Below are positions 38,301 to 51,971 of a DNA stretch of 64,000 bases, one piece after another. The position numbers and the translations under genes were made by a program. The first letter of the stretch is position 1, and each line of letters begins with the position of its first letter. The stretch is from Azolla caroliniana. Taxonomy: Eukaryota > Plantae > Polypodiophyta. The DNA is taken from contig JBHGNT010000003.1 of assembly GCA_043228905.1 (NCBI GenBank), forward strand, positions 18,662,001 to 18,726,000, read 5' to 3'. Below the pieces are notes generated by a model. It had not been told where the DNA came from. It made no database searches and worked only from the letters and a program-made list of their open reading frames with translations.

Positions 38301-39880
38301 CCACACCCTTCTTCTGCTGGAACCCCTTCACCACGATCCTGGCTTTGTATCTCGGGGGGTTGCCGACATCTCCCGGTTTCAACTTGTACACCCACTTATT
38401 TCGGAGTGCCCGCTTTCCTTTCGGCAACTCCACCAATTCGTACGTATGGTTCTCATGCAGGGAATCCATCTCATCCTGCATGGCACTTAACCATTTTCGG
38501 TTGTGGGTGTCATCCTTCGCTTCTTCGAAGCTTTCTGGCTCCCCCTCATCGGTTAGCAGCACATGCTTTGCATCCGGAAATCTCCGGGGGGCCGTTCTCT
38601 CTCTGAGAGGATATCTCCATCTCTGGGCTTCGGTAACCGACTCCTCCATTTGCTCTTCATCCGAATCCGATTCGGGGTCTAGGCCGGTTCCGGTTTCAGC
38701 TTCCTCTACTTCTTCTTCTGCCGGTTCGGTATCCTCACCGTAACTGGCTAGCTCCTCGAGTGCTAACCGGTCCCTTGCCGGTTGGGTCTGCTCATCGTAA
38801 AATCGATCCTTACCGGTCGACTCAGAGTTCTTTACCTTCTTCTCCGACTCCCAGTCGGCGAGCGTCTTGTCCTCCATGAAGATAATATCTCAACTCTGGA
38901 ATACCTTCTTGTCAACCAGGTCCCACACTCGGTAGCTGAACTCATCGTCGCCGTAACCGAGGAATATGCATGGTCGGGTCTTCGGATCTAGTTTTCCTCT
39001 CCGGTCCTTAGTTACATGCACATACGTAAGACACCCGAATACCTTCAGATGCCGGTAGGATACTTCCTTACTGGTCCATACTCTATGTGGCGTGTCTCCG
39101 TCCAAGGGTACTGAGGATGATCTGTTTATCACATATGTCGCCGTCGACAGTGCCTCAACCCAAAACTTCTTGGGTAGTTTTGCATGTGCCAGCATACTCC
39201 GAACCCTCTCCATTACAGTCCGGTTCATCCTCTCGGCCAACCCGTTTAGTTCCGGCGTCTTCGGCACGGTAAATTCGAGTCGGATTCCCTTCGAGCGGCA
39301 GTACTCCTCAAACTGCCCCCGGTATTCACCTCCGTTATCTGCTCGAACCGCCTTCAACTTCCGGCCGGTTTCTTTTTCCACTCTCGCATGGAGCTCTTTG
39401 AAGACGGATAGCACCTGATCCTTCGTCTTCAACGGTGAGGCCCACAACTTCCGGCTGTGGTCATCTAGGAACGTCACGAAGTATTGCGATCCTGCATGTG
39501 ACTTCGTGTCCACTTGACACACATCAGTATGCACCAACTCCAGTGGTGCATTACGTCTCATCAGTGACCTCGATCGGAAGGAGGTTCGGTTTTGCTTTCC
39601 GGCCAGACAATCAGTGCACTTCTCCAAGTGCACGTTCTTCACTGGAATGAGGTTGTCATCTGCAAGCCTCTTCATCCCCTTCTCGCTCATGTGCACAACC
39701 TTTTGTGCCACAACTCACCAGCAGTGTCGGATGCCACGTTCACTTCCTCCGGACATAACCGGGCATTCATCAGGTACAACGTGTTTACCTTCCGGGCCCG
39801 AGCCACAATCAGGCTCCCTTTGCTAAACTTCATAACACCGTTCCGGATGCTACCCATGTAGCCTTCATCATCTAGCCGAC

Positions 39881-40060
39881 CGGCTGATATCAGGTTCAGA
39901 CGAACCTCCGGAACGTGTCGAACATCCTTCATCAGCATCTTGCATCCGGTTGGTGTTGACAGCCACACGTCGGCTGATATCAGGTTCAGACGAACCTCCG
40001 GAACGTGTCAAACATCCTTCATCAGCATCTTGCATCCGGTTGGTGTTGACAGCCACACGT
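39881..40060. repeat. In-frame 90-bp tandem duplication in copia pol
   Basis: 39881-39970 repeats at 39971-40060; one copy has CGA>TGA. Confidence 0.9.
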
Positions 40061-40968
40061 CTCCTATGCCGACAATTCGGCATGTACCTTCATTCCCCAT
40101 CCGGACACAACCGTGATCAACAGCTGAGTAGGATGAGAAGCATTTCCGGTCAGGGGTAAAGTGGAACGACGCTCCGAAGTCGACCACCCAGGTCATCTCG
40201 TCGCCGGCAAGGTTTAGCTCACTTTCCTCAGTGATGAGCATCAACTCTTCTTCACTTGCCACGATTGCCGTCGTTCCCTTCTGGTTCATTCCCCTCCGGT
40301 CTTTACCGTTCCGATCCGGTATCCGCTTCGAATCGGTACCGTCGGTTTCCTTGTCTTTACGGAAATGCCGACAGTTCTTCTGGAAGTGTCCCGGCTTGCC
40401 GCAATAGAAGCAAGTAGGCCTCCCCCTTGACTTTGACCGTGTCCCCAACTTTTCCCGGTTCTGGGGACCACGGTTTCTATGTCTTCCGCGTTCCGATTCA
40501 GTAAGGAGCGCTTTGGAGTCAGAGCTTATTATAGATCATAGTACTAATGTAAGCTTAAGATAAGGATAATGAAAAAGATAGATAGAAAGGAGAAAGAGAA
40601 AGAAGGGTGCCGATCCACCCGACCACCCCCGAGCGAAGGGATCGAGACGGACTCGAGCCTCGATCGGCGTCCCATACCACCGCCGTGGCGTCGAGTCGTA
40701 CCTGGTGCTGGCGCGCTCGCTACAAGAGTTGACCCACCACACGAGCAGAGTCTCGATGTAGTCCAAAGATGATCAAATGAGGGTAGCTAGGCCTCTTATT
40801 TATAGCGAAACCCAAGGCCCCCAAGCAAGTTCACACTTGACCTAATGGGTTGTCTCAATCCCGAGGATTAAAAGTAATCCTCCCCTTCTTTACACTCTCC
40901 TTTAACCCTCACACTTATCCACGTGTATAGAATACTACGGTAAATTCTTACCACGGGATATTATATGG

Positions 40969-43900
40969 TCATGCCCGTAACATACTCCCCCTCTTTAAAA
41001 CATTGCACTCTTGCAATGGAAAGTTAGGGAAGTTAGTTCTAAGTGTATTTTCGCGTTCCCATGTGGCATCTTTTATTGATTTATCCATCCATTTTATTTT
41101 GAATTCTCGGATTTCTTTAGTACGTAATTTTTTTGTTTTAACATCGAGAATTCTTTCTGGTACATGTGGTTTAGAAGATAATTCTTCAGAAGTAACCAGA
41201 GTTTCAGTCGTAACTGTATTGTCGCCAGAACCTAGAAGTTCTTTTAGACGACTCACATGAAAGACTGGATGAATTCCGACACCATCGGGAAGAGCGAGAC
41301 GATAGGCTGATGACCCAATGCGTTTGAGGACTGTAAAAGGTCCACAAAACCGTGGGGCTAACTTAGCGCACTTACCCGTAGACAATGTCTTAGAATTGTG
41401 AGGTACACGTAAAAATACCTTCTGTCCAGGGTTGAATACACGAGGTTGCCTATGATGATCGGCATAAAAACGCGCTCTATCTTGAGCTGTTTTTATATTA
41501 TCTCGTGCAATATGCAACATATCTTGCATATCCCGAAGAAAGTTTTGCGTACTTCGCAACTCATCATGATGTATAGTAACATCAATCGGGGCTCGTGGCT
41601 GAAAACCATACATCAACATAAAAGGACTATATCCCGTCGACGTATGCTTGGAGCTGTTATAAGCAAACTCCAAAATTGGGAGATAACGTTCCCATTTTGT
41701 TGGTTTTGCACCAACGTATGCTCGAAGCATGTCCTCAATAATTTGATTTACTCGTTCTGTCTGTCCATCGGATTGAGGATGATCCGTGGAGCTCATGCTC
41801 AACGTAGTTTCTAACTTCTTAAAGACTTGTGTCCAGAAGTCACTAGTAAACTTTGGATCTCGATCACTCACGATATCCATCGGTAACCCATAAAAACGAA
41901 ACAATTCGTCAACGAATTGGTAAGCCAATTCAGGAGCTGTTACCGTGGTTTTAGTAGCAATAAATCTGGCCATTTTAGTTAGTCGATCAACGACAACCCA
42001 GATGGCATCATGACCTTTTTGGGTGCGAGGAAGGCTAACAATAAAATCCATGGATATACTTTCCCACTTATTATTGGGAATGTCCAAGGGATGTAAAAGT
42101 CCTGCGACTTTAAGTCGCTCGGCTTTGTTAACCTGACACTGGTGACATTTAGTCACATAGCTATGTATGTCAGGACGCATCTTAGGCCAATAAAATTGAG
42201 TGGAGATGAGAACGAGTGTACGATGTATTCCAGGGTGCCCTGCGGAGGGTGCATCATGGCATTCAAAAAGAATCCTCTTTTTGACCTCGGGTAAATGTGG
42301 AACACAAACCTTCCCATTACGGTAGAGCAAACCGTTAGCAATGTGGAAGTATTCCTTCGAGGATGTGGTGGTGTCTGTTCCAGACTCAACTCTTGCCCAG
42401 TATTTTGCGAAATAACTGTCATCAGGATACTTTCCTCGAAGGTGATCATAAAGATCTGATGATATTTCAGTGAAGCTAAGCGTGTTAACTTCACGGATGC
42501 GACTTAGTGCATCAGCGACAATGTTCATGGAACCTTTACGATATCGTATGGAAAAATCAAAGTCCTGGATGAGATCAGCCCATCGTGCCTTACGACCTTT
42601 CAGGTCTTGTTGGTCACAAAAATATTTCAAGGACTCGTGGTCCGTAGTTACCACAAAGTGATTTCCATAAAGATAATGGCGCCATGTTTTGAGCGCATGT
42701 ATAACTGCAAATAATTCCTTTTCTTGAACGGTATACCGACATTGAGCAGAATCAAGTTTCTTACTCTCGAATGCTATTGGTTTACCATCTTGATACAAGA
42801 CAGCACCTATAGCATAATCGCTTGCATCGGTTTCGACCTCAAAAGGTTTTGAAGGATCAGGTAAAAGAAGTGAAGGAGCCTTGCAAACTAGGTCCTTGAG
42901 TTCCTTAAATGCAAGGTCTAGTGTAGCATTCCACACAATAGGTTTTGTAGACTTACGCGTTTGACCTTTTAAAAGATCAGTAAACGGCATCGTCAATTGG
43001 GAGTAATTACGAAGAGACTTTCGCAAAAACCCCACAAAACCAAGGAATGATCGAACTTCTCGAATATTCCGAAGAGTGGGCCAAAGCTTGATTTTCTCAA
43101 TGCGAGAAGGATCAATTTCAACTCCTCGTTCGGTTATGAGATGTCCTAGATAAGTAATTGATTTCTTGAAGAACTCACATTTTGAGATCTTCGCATAAAA
43201 CTGTTTGTCACGCAATGTTTGTAAAACAAAGCGGACATGTCTAGCATGTTCTTGTAATGTACGGCTATAAACTAAAATATCATCCAAGAAAATAACGACA
43301 AATTTTCCAAGTTGTTCTCGGAAAATGTCATTCATTTCTTGTTGAAAAGTAGCCGGAGCATTGGTCAAACCAAAAGGCATAACCAAAAGCTCGTAATGGC
43401 CATAGCGCGTACGAAATGTCGTTTTAGGAACATCGTCCTCACTTATTCGTATTTGATGGTAGCCAGTACGGAGATCAAGTTTCGTAAAATACCGAGCTCC
43501 CTGGAGACGGTCAATTAGATCGTCAGCCCGGGGCAATGGATACGAATTCTTGATCGTCACTTTATTCAAGCGTCGGTAATTAATACACATACGCCATGTG
43601 CCCTCTTTCTTTTTAACCAAGAGAACCGGTGCACCCCATGGAGATTTACTATAACGTATATAACCCATTCGTAAATAGTCCTTGAGTTGCTTAGATACCT
43701 CATCTTCTTCGGATCGACTTAAGCGATACGGAGGTATACTTATTGGTGCAACACCAGGTACAATATCTATACGATGGTCGATATTACGTTTAGGAGGTAA
43801 CCCATCAGGTAGTTCACTTGGAAAAACATCATGAAAATCATTTAAGATTTCATCAAGTTGTTGTTGTTCAAAATATGTTAATTGAATCGAGACATTATCG

Positions 43901-45402
43901 ATATTGTAAACGTGAATGTCCGGATCAAGTACACAATAAAATAACGTAGAACAAGACAACTCGGATATTGATGGACACGAGGAAACAATCGAGAGGGATT
44001 GTTTTTTTACACATTGAATAAAATGCGTACAATCGTTCAGTACAAAAGAAATGGAATGTCGAACCCAATCAATAAATAAAGAAGAGTTTTTATTATAAAA
44101 CCAGGGATAACCCAGTATTACATCGGTGGTACAAAGATTCATTACATGGAAGTCTACTTCCTCTATATAAGTATCAATAGAAATTCCTAATGAATGAATC
44201 GCCCCGTTGATGTATTGTACTCTTCCATCAGCCAAGTGCACCGTGTAGGTGTGATCACTTACGGTGGGTTGGATTCCCCATATCTGAACCAAACGATCAT
44301 TCACAAAATTGTGTGAGCTTCCCGAATCAAATAAAAATTGTACGGGAGATCCATTGATATACCCGTTTGCACGTAGTAAATCATTGGGACCCAATACATA
44401 GTGAGGGAAAGAACATTGACAATTACTTAAATGATGTGTATAGACCTGAAGGACATTAGGAACTTGACCTTTATGGTCTGCAGCTTTAGCTTTGTTGTCG
44501 TGCTCTTTCCGTTGGAGCTTTCGACATTGATCTTTTGTATGACCCTTCTTTTTGCAGAATACACAAAAAGGATGTTGTCGCTTACATTCGCGATCCAGGA
44601 ATTCGTTGGGTGTCTTGCGTTTCCCAACAAATTGCGACTGCTTAGTCCCGGGCGCTTCGTTGGGTTTGTTATGGTCCTTCTTCGAAGTGCGTTGATAGCG
44701 AAGAACTATTTCAACGGCCTCTTCGAAGGATTTTGGATCCTTATCGTGCACTATCCAGTGATAGTCCGAATTGGGGATGCCATTGACAAAACAAGCTATC
44801 AACCAATTGTCCCCTTCTAGACCCGATTTTTGGATTTGGGTTCTAGCATGGTGAACATAGTCTTCTAACGAGGAAAATTTCCTGCTAGAGAGGTTCATTA
44901 AAGCTTGTGCTGCCTCGGTTCGAGAGGGAGGTTGCAGAAATTGGCCCTTAAAAACCGTGACAAAATCTGTCCAGGTATCGGGCAATTTCCCCATAGTACG
45001 GAGGCCACGCCACCAGGCGGCGGCCTTACCCCCGAGTTCTCGGCCGACATATGCAATCTTCGTACTATCTGGCGTGGGATAGAGCTCAAAATGAGACTCC
45101 CATCGTCCCAGCCATGTGCAGATTGCTTCTTCGGTTCTTTCCTTTTTGTCTCCCGTAAATGGCTTAACGACAAATGATGGTTCACCTTGTCGCTCATCAG
45201 GTCTATTAGTCTCACGTTGTAGACTAATGACACGTGCCTCAAGAGCACTCTGAGATTGCCGAAGTTCGGTCATTTGTTGAGCGGTGAAACTAAGGTATTG
45301 GGTGATTTGTGCCAAATACATCTCAGTGGACATTTGTCCAGGAGGATTCCCTTGAGTTCCTTCCGCTTGAGCGGATGACATCGGGTCGTTAATTTGAGCC
45401 AT
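40969..45402 (-). CDS. Gypsy gag-pol polyprotein with C-terminal chromodomain, 1477 aa, uninterrupted
   Basis: [81 protein letters not shown]. Confidence 0.97.
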   Translation of the reverse strand: MAQINDPMSSAQAEGTQGNPPGQMSTEMYLAQITQYLSFTAQQMTELRQSQSALEARVISLQRETNRPDERQGEPSFVVKPFTGDKKERTEEAICTWLGRWESHFELYPTPDSTKIAYVGRELGGKAAAWWRGLRTMGKLPDTWTDFVTVFKGQFLQPPSRTEAAQALMNLSSRKFSSLEDYVHHARTQIQKSGLEGDNWLIACFVNGIPNSDYHWIVHDKDPKSFEEAVEIVLRYQRTSKKDHNKPNEAPGTKQSQFVGKRKTPNEFLDRECKRQHPFCVFCKKKGHTKDQCRKLQRKEHDNKAKAADHKGQVPNVLQVYTHHLSNCQCSFPHYVLGPNDLLRANGYINGSPVQFLFDSGSSHNFVNDRLVQIWGIQPTVSDHTYTVHLADGRVQYINGAIHSLGISIDTYIEEVDFHVMNLCTTDVILGYPWFYNKNSSLFIDWVRHSISFVLNDCTHFIQCVKKQSLSIVSSCPSISELSCSTLFYCVLDPDIHVYNIDNVSIQLTYFEQQQLDEILNDFHDVFPSELPDGLPPKRNIDHRIDIVPGVAPISIPPYRLSRSEEDEVSKQLKDYLRMGYIRYSKSPWGAPVLLVKKKEGTWRMCINYRRLNKVTIKNSYPLPRADDLIDRLQGARYFTKLDLRTGYHQIRISEDDVPKTTFRTRYGHYELLVMPFGLTNAPATFQQEMNDIFREQLGKFVVIFLDDILVYSRTLQEHARHVRFVLQTLRDKQFYAKISKCEFFKKSITYLGHLITERGVEIDPSRIEKIKLWPTLRNIREVRSFLGFVGFLRKSLRNYSQLTMPFTDLLKGQTRKSTKPIVWNATLDLAFKELKDLVCKAPSLLLPDPSKPFEVETDASDYAIGAVLYQDGKPIAFESKKLDSAQCRYTVQEKELFAVIHALKTWRHYLYGNHFVVTTDHESLKYFCDQQDLKGRKARWADLIQDFDFSIRYRKGSMNIVADALSRIREVNTLSFTEISSDLYDHLRGKYPDDSYFAKYWARVESGTDTTTSSKEYFHIANGLLYRNGKVCVPHLPEVKKRILFECHDAPSAGHPGIHRTLVLISTQFYWPKMRPDIHSYVTKCHQCQVNKAERLKVAGLLHPLDIPNNKWESISMDFIVSLPRTQKGHDAIWVVVDRLTKMARFIATKTTVTAPELAYQFVDELFRFYGLPMDIVSDRDPKFTSDFWTQVFKKLETTLSMSSTDHPQSDGQTERVNQIIEDMLRAYVGAKPTKWERYLPILEFAYNSSKHTSTGYSPFMLMYGFQPRAPIDVTIHHDELRSTQNFLRDMQDMLHIARDNIKTAQDRARFYADHHRQPRVFNPGQKVFLRVPHNSKTLSTGKCAKLAPRFCGPFTVLKRIGSSAYRLALPDGVGIHPVFHVSRLKELLGSGDNTVTTETLVTSEELSSKPHVPERILDVKTKKLRTKEIREFKIKWMDKSIKDATWERENTLRTNFPNFPLQECNVLKRGSMLRA

Positions 45403-47062
45403 TAAAGATTATTTCTGGAAAAGAAATAGGATAAGGTCAGAGATATAGTCATAACATCTTGTTGTGATGTAAACATATCATGGGCGAGCATTAATCGATA
45501 TCATTATCTCACGTCAATACCCCTCTAGACGTATGAGATGAGGTTCAAGATCAGGTTACTATGGTAACACAAAGGTGTTTTAAAAACCATGGGGGTGACA
45601 AATAAATGTCTTTCCCTGATCTCTATATCGATTTTTTCATGGTGGCTCCCCGAGGCTCAACCATGTATGTTCGCGTCATGAATAGTTTATACACGAAAAA
45701 AATGTTAACAATAAACTATGTTTCGGTGCCCACATAAGTGGTTTCGGCTCTTTAAGTCCTATTACGAGGACCCCGAGGTGCACTTAGACCTTAAGTCTAA
45801 ACATGTGTTATAGTCATATGTATCAAGGATGTTGTATGGTCTTGGTCAATATTTGAACTCGAGACCTCGAGAACAAATACATTAAACACTTGAGCCAACC
45901 AAGTAAGTTGCTCTTCTCGAATGCTTAATGTTTGATGCGTATAAGAGATATGCGAGGCAATTGATCATATATGTTTTTTTTAAAAGAACATATATGTCAA
46001 GGTCCTTATTTCGCCCTCATTTACCAAAACTATGTTGGTACGTTACCTAACCTCAAGTCTCGTAATTACGATGGCATATGTCAAAGGGCAACCTAATGGT
46101 CAAGCCAAATGAGCCCTCGTTTCGTAGTAGGCTCACGTGGGCCATCACATGGTCACGTCATTACGAATGCCTCTCGTAAGAACGAGCTCATGGTGGCATC
46201 ATATCCATGTAACGAGGGAGGGATGTTGGATACGTGCGTCATTGGAGCGACCTCACTTGAAGTGGGTCAAGCCCTACGTACTCAACATCATTTTGGCTAT
46301 TCGCGTTTCTTTACGTAACGAAATCGAGGTCGTCAACGGGGTTATCAACAATAAAAAAATGTTGAAAAAGGGATGGTGACAACGCCATTCTCACAAAAAT
46401 GTGAGGACGGCCACCAACATCCTTTTCCCGACAAGGACAACTTTCGAGATAATCACGTAATAACGAATATACACATATGTTTACTTATCACATATATACG
46501 ATCAAATACGTATATATGTGACCACATATGCCTATATTAAACATATCGTTATATTAAATAGCCACAAATGATGTGATCGAGATACGTAATCGAGGTATAT
46601 ACCTCTACGCACACGAAACATCCACAAATAAGAGATCATCGTAATACGCAATGGAGGTATTGACCTCTTACGCATACGAGACCAAACGCATATTGTTTAC
46701 AACAAATCAAGGTATTAAACTCATACGCAAACGTAACATATGTTCGTGAACGTAATACGTAATACGCATACGACACTCATCACATATTATTAATATGTCA
46801 AACGAGGTATTGACCTCGTGCACATATGTAAACGTTTTAGATAATCAATTAAAGACCAATACAACATCATTGAGTTAATGAAAAAAATGACATATAAACT
46901 AAACACATAATTAGATGGGAGAAAAGAGAATAGAAAAAAATAAAATAAAATATGGAAAGAGTTACCGAAGTTCTTTGTTGATCGTTGTCTGGATCAAGGC
47001 CAACCGCACAACGATCGATCAGCATCAATCAAAAGACAAATGAAAAACAAAGAAACATTAGT

Positions 47063-48243
47063 AAAACCAACAAAATGGGAACGTTATCTCCCAATTTTGG
47101 AGTTTGCTTATAACAGCTCCAAGCATACGTCGACGGGATATAGTCCTTTTATGTTGATGTATGGTTTTCAGCCACGAGCCCCGATTGATGTTACTATACA
47201 TCATGATGAGTTGCGAAGTACGCAAAACTTTCTTCGGGATATGCAAGATATGTTGCATATTGCACGAGATAATATAAAAACAGCTCAAGATAGAGCGCGT
47301 TTTTATGCCGATCATCATAGGCAACCTCGTGTATTCAACCCTGGACAGAAGGTATTTTTACGTGTACCTCACAATTCTAAGACATTGTCTACGGGTAAGT
47401 GCGCTAAGTTAGCCCCACGGTTTTGTGGACCTTTTACAGTCCTCAAACGCATTGGGTCATCAGCCTATCGTCTCGCTCTTCCCGATGGTGTCGGAATTCA
47501 TCCAGTCTTTCATGTGAGTCGTCTAAAAGAACTTCTAGGTTCTGGCGACAATACAGTTACGACTGAAACTCTGGTTACTTCTGAAGAATTATCTTCTAAA
47601 CCACATGTACCAGAAAGAATTCTCGATGTTAAAACAAAAAAATTACGTACTAAAGAAATCCGAGAATTCAAAATAAAATGGATGGATAAATCAATAAAAG
47701 ATGCCACATGGGAACGCGAAAATACACTTAGAACTAACTTCCCTAACTTTCCATTGCAAGAGTGCAATGTTTTAAAGAGGGGGAGTATGTTACGGGCATG
47801 ACCATATAATATCCCGTGGTAAGAATTTACCGTAGTATTCTATACACGTGGATAAGTGTGAGGGTTAAAGGAGAGTGTAAAGAAGGGGAGGATTACTTTT
47901 AATCCTCGGGATTGAGACAACCCATTAGGTCAAGTGTGAACTTGCTTGGGGGCCTTGGGTTTCGCTATAAATAAGAGGCCTAGCTACCCTCATTTGATCA
48001 TCTTTGGACTACATCGAGACTCTGCTCGTGTGGTGGGTCAACTCTTGTAGCGAGCGCGCCAGCACCAGGTACGACTCGACGCCACGGCGGTGGTATGGGA
48101 CGCCGATCGAGGCTCGAGTCCGTCTCGATCCCTTCGCTCGGGGGTGGTCGGGTGGATCGGCACCCTTCTTTCTCTTTCTCCTTTCTATCTATCTTTTTCA
48201 TTATCCTTATCTTAAGCTTACATTAGTACTATGATCTATAATA
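47063..48243 (+). repeat. 1181-bp inverted duplicate of 40527-41707 (IN C-terminus, chromodomain, PPT, full LTR 47788-48243)
   Basis: ORF 47040-47801 equals the C-terminus of the 1477-aa ORF from KPTKWERY onward; both segments have the same length. Confidence 0.95.
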
Positions 48244-51200
48244 TTGTAATCCTCCCCTTCTTTACACTCTCCTTTAACCCTCACACTTATCCACGTGTAT
48301 AGAATACTACGGTAAATTCTTACCACGGGATATTATATGGTCATGCCCGTAACAGAGCTCGTATCCTTATCTTTCCGACGCGCCTCCTCATCTAGCAAGC
48401 TCGACTTCACTCTTGCTAGGGATAACCGTTTCCCTTCTAGCTCAGCGTTGCCCAAAGTGATAACCAACGTCTCCCAGCTATCCGGGAGGGAACCGAGCAG
48501 GAGTAGCGCTAGTACCTCATCGGTGAGAGGTACTTCCAATGATGTTGCCTGGTGGATCAGCCCCTGGAAGGCATTCATGTGCTCCGCCATGCTGGAGCCA
48601 TCTTGGTACCGGAGTCTTACTAGCTTCCAGAATACCGAAACCTGATTAACAACATTTTTGTTTTGAAACATAATGTCGATATTCTCCCAGAGCTCATGAG
48701 CCTTGCTCTCTTCATTGAAATTGTTGTATAGGCTCATGTCGATAAAGCACCGTATGTACGCCGTTGTCTTCATGTGCATCACCTCCCATATCGCGGCGTC
48801 GATCTTGTCCGGTCTCTTGTCCCCGAACTGAACCGGCAACCAAAGATCTTTAACCACGAGCATGTCCCTCATCTTCAACTTTCACACCGAATAGTTGGAG
48901 CCGGTGAGCTTGAACATGCCTCCCAACGAATCGTCCATTTTCTGTGTCGTTTCGCTCTGATACCACTTTGACAGGAACTACATGCTCTCTTTGAACAACG
49001 CTCGGCCACAACCGAGCCTAGAATAAAACACAGAAAATAGGGAATGAAACACAACACGATAGAGAGAAGAGTACACAGGATGTTTACGGGGAAACCCAAA
49101 ATCGGGAAAAACCACGCTAGCCCACAGACCGCAAACTATCACTATGTCAGAATGTACAATAAGAAAGCACTGAGTCCACGACCTCGAGCTTGCTATCTTC
49201 ACCACAGGCGGCAGTTACAATCAGAGGCAACGACCTCTTCCTCTCTCTCTCACTCTCTCTGTACACAGTTGCGCACTCTAATCTTGCGCCAACAAGAATG
49301 ACAACAACTTTCTCGTCCTGTGTATACAAAAAGTTTGCCCTAAGTCATATTTATACTAATATGACTTTTCGGCTATTTACAAATATAGCCACAATGGACT
49401 CTCAGAAACATATTTACGAATATGTCTCTTCATACGGTGAGCACTCCTCACCGGGCCTGCATCATCGGCGCTTGCCGGGTACTCGTCATCCGGTTCTCAC
49501 CGGGTCTTCCGTTTCCGGGTATTCCTCATCCGGTTCTCATCGGGTCTGCACCATTTGGCTCTCCGTAGCCGGGTACTCGTCATCTGGTTCTCACCGGGTC
49601 TGCAACATCCGGCTCTCCATAGTCGGGTACTCGTCATCCGATTCTCACCGGGTCTGCAACATCCGGCTCTCCGTAGCCGGGTACTCGTCATCCGATTCTC
49701 ATCGAGTCTTCCGTAGCTGGGTATTCCTCATCCGGTTTCGGCCTCGGCCGAGTTTGCTCATCAGTACTGTTCTTCTGACTTCCCATCCAGAGGGACCTGT
49801 TTCCTAACAAAACGAATAACCTCAAGGTGGAAACGGCTAAGGGTAGCACAACAAAGATAGACTACGAAAACGTATGGATCCCTCCACACTTATTCGAGAG
49901 ATTTGGGCATTAATCAATGTAAGACCCACGAGAAGGACATCGACGGTGAGGAAGCAAGGGCCAAAGCTAATGCATGTGACAGAGAGATAGCCAAACAGAT
50001 GGCTATGGACAACATGACAAAGGCAAAAGACAATAAAGATGAGAATCCCTCCACATTTGTTCCGGAGATTTCGGCAGTTGTGCCCGAGAGCCAACATAAG
50101 ACCAGAGAGATGGAAGGTGGCGGTGAGGAAGCGAAGGTCAAAGATAATATATATGATGAAGAGGTCAAACAAAGCACAATAGTGCACGATGAGGGCCAAC
50201 TAAACGAAGTGAATTCGAAGGGCGTTCCTTGGGATTTGATCACAATATGTAACTCGAAAGAGGACACTATTACGAAGGTCGAACCATCAATGGTCAACTC
50301 TCACATGAGAGCATACCATGAAAAAGGAAGAAGCGGAAAACATGCAATTTGGTCGTCTACGAGCCTAAATGTGAGCATGTACTTAAAGCATGGGCTACAA
50401 GGAATAGTCAAAGTTGATGTTCGGATGAGGCCTAACAAAGACAAGCTTGGATTGACAAAAGAAGAAAGATTGAAGTGTCTTGTCCATGAAGATGATTGAA
50501 ATGAAAGCGACACATGCATGGTGCATGAAGGGTTATGCTTAGGGAAGGCGGAAGAGGCCACGATAACCGGTCGTGGCGATGCAAAGCTCGGACAAAGGAT
50601 TTGGTGGTTTGGATGGTCTCCATGGCTATGGTGGAAAGAGTGGTCGTGGTGGCATTGGAAGAGATCTAAGGAGCCAATGAGCTGGTTCAAGGTCAATCTC
50701 CATAATTGATAGTTAGGTTATGAAGAAAGGAAAATATTTAGACAAGGATTAAAGATTTCAACTAGGTGAATGTAACTCGGTACCACACTTGGCACATACC
50801 GGTGGATGTGCAGGTTTGGTGGGGGTGAATGTCATGTGGTTCTTCACACACGATATGAAAAATAATAGAATAATTATTCTAGATTAGCTTAATGGTTTGA
50901 TATGGAAAAGATGGACGTCTTCAAGAGCTTCCAAACACATTTTACTACATATTAAATAGACAACTACATATCAAGTTAGAACTTTAAGATATCCCACATA
51001 GATAGGAATTTTTTTGCTCTAGCATTATATAAGGAGACCCAGAACCATTATGTTATATGTGTGTGTTTGTAGCACAGAATGGTCAAGGTGATCCGTGTTG
51101 AAGTGTTCGGATGGATGGATGTGACCAAATTGCTCTAATAGATGGATGCGGTTGAACGGCTCAAAACGGTTTTGGAACGGATCGGTTGGACGGATTGGTC

Positions 51201-51310
51201 GGGACGGTCATGACATGCAGATCGGGTGAGGCGATTGTACGAATCATGCACAGGTCGAATTGAACGGTCACAAAGGTCATGTGTGGACACATGCAACTGA
51301 ATGTGGAGAC

Positions 51311-51971
51311 CATAGATTGACATATTCGCATTCGTCAAGTTTCCCATTTGAATGCAAACGAATACGAATACGAATACGAATGGGTGGTCAAGTAATCGTT
51401 TAACTCAAAAAAAAAAAAAAACTCTGTCTTTTATAATTTCCTAGGATAAAAATAAAGGAACTTGACAATAAATAGGCATAATAAAAGAGGGACTTGGGGA
51501 TTTGACACTACTAAAATTTTATAATAAATGTATAACTTATAAGTTATAAGTATTCCTTTTATTTTTAATAAATAAATAAAATAAAATAAAGGCTCATTAA
51601 TTTCTCACTTTTTATTCTCTCAAAATTTATGGATATGTTTATTTTGACATTAAAAATAGAACTTTAAACTAATCATATCTTCAAAATTCATACTAATCAT
51701 ATTTGTATAATAAATATAAAAATATTTGTTTTTTAAAAATTAATTAATTAATTGATTAATTAAAATAAGTTCCATAAACTCTCTTCACACTATAATCTAT
51801 TAATGAATAATTGTTCCTTTTTTGGTGAAATAAATTTATTTAAATAAATAAATAAATATTTTATATTTATTTTGCAAAACGAATGGTTTTTTAATATTCT
51901 TGGGGCCATTTCATATTCTCGAATATTGAGAATATTGCACATGGAGAATATCACGCATGTGTCAATCTATG
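51311..51971. mobile_element. Non-autonomous hAT element (661 bp) inside the 3' LTR of the tRNA-Trp element
   Basis: 12-bp TIR CATAGATTGACA/TGTCAATCTATG; 8-bp TSD GTGGAGAC/GTGAAGAC; absent from the 5' LTR. Confidence 0.88.

Larger units (their letters stand above)
40527..48354 (-). mobile_element. Chromovirus (Ty3/gypsy) with rearranged 5' end
   Basis: TSD GAGCT (40522-40526, 48355-48359); 3' LTR 40527-40982 with TG...TA ends; PPT adjacent; only about 110 bp of the 5' LTR remain (48246-48354). Confidence 0.93.
36215..49809 (-). mobile_element. Tork-like copia, degenerate, related to 20784-26144
   Basis: LTRs 48969-49809 (5') and 36215-36959 (3'); TSD AAACG; PBS complement 48954-48965; gag ATG 48938; pol ORFs 40008-40448, 38890-39711, 37345-38877 with stops and YVDD changed to NVDD. 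Confidence 0.95.

Noticed and set aside
40527-48354. DIRS-like element or DNA transposon with long inverted termini
   Set aside because: Encodes a DDE integrase and chromodomain, has a 5-bp TSD and a residual direct LTR fragment; no tyrosine recombinase or transposase
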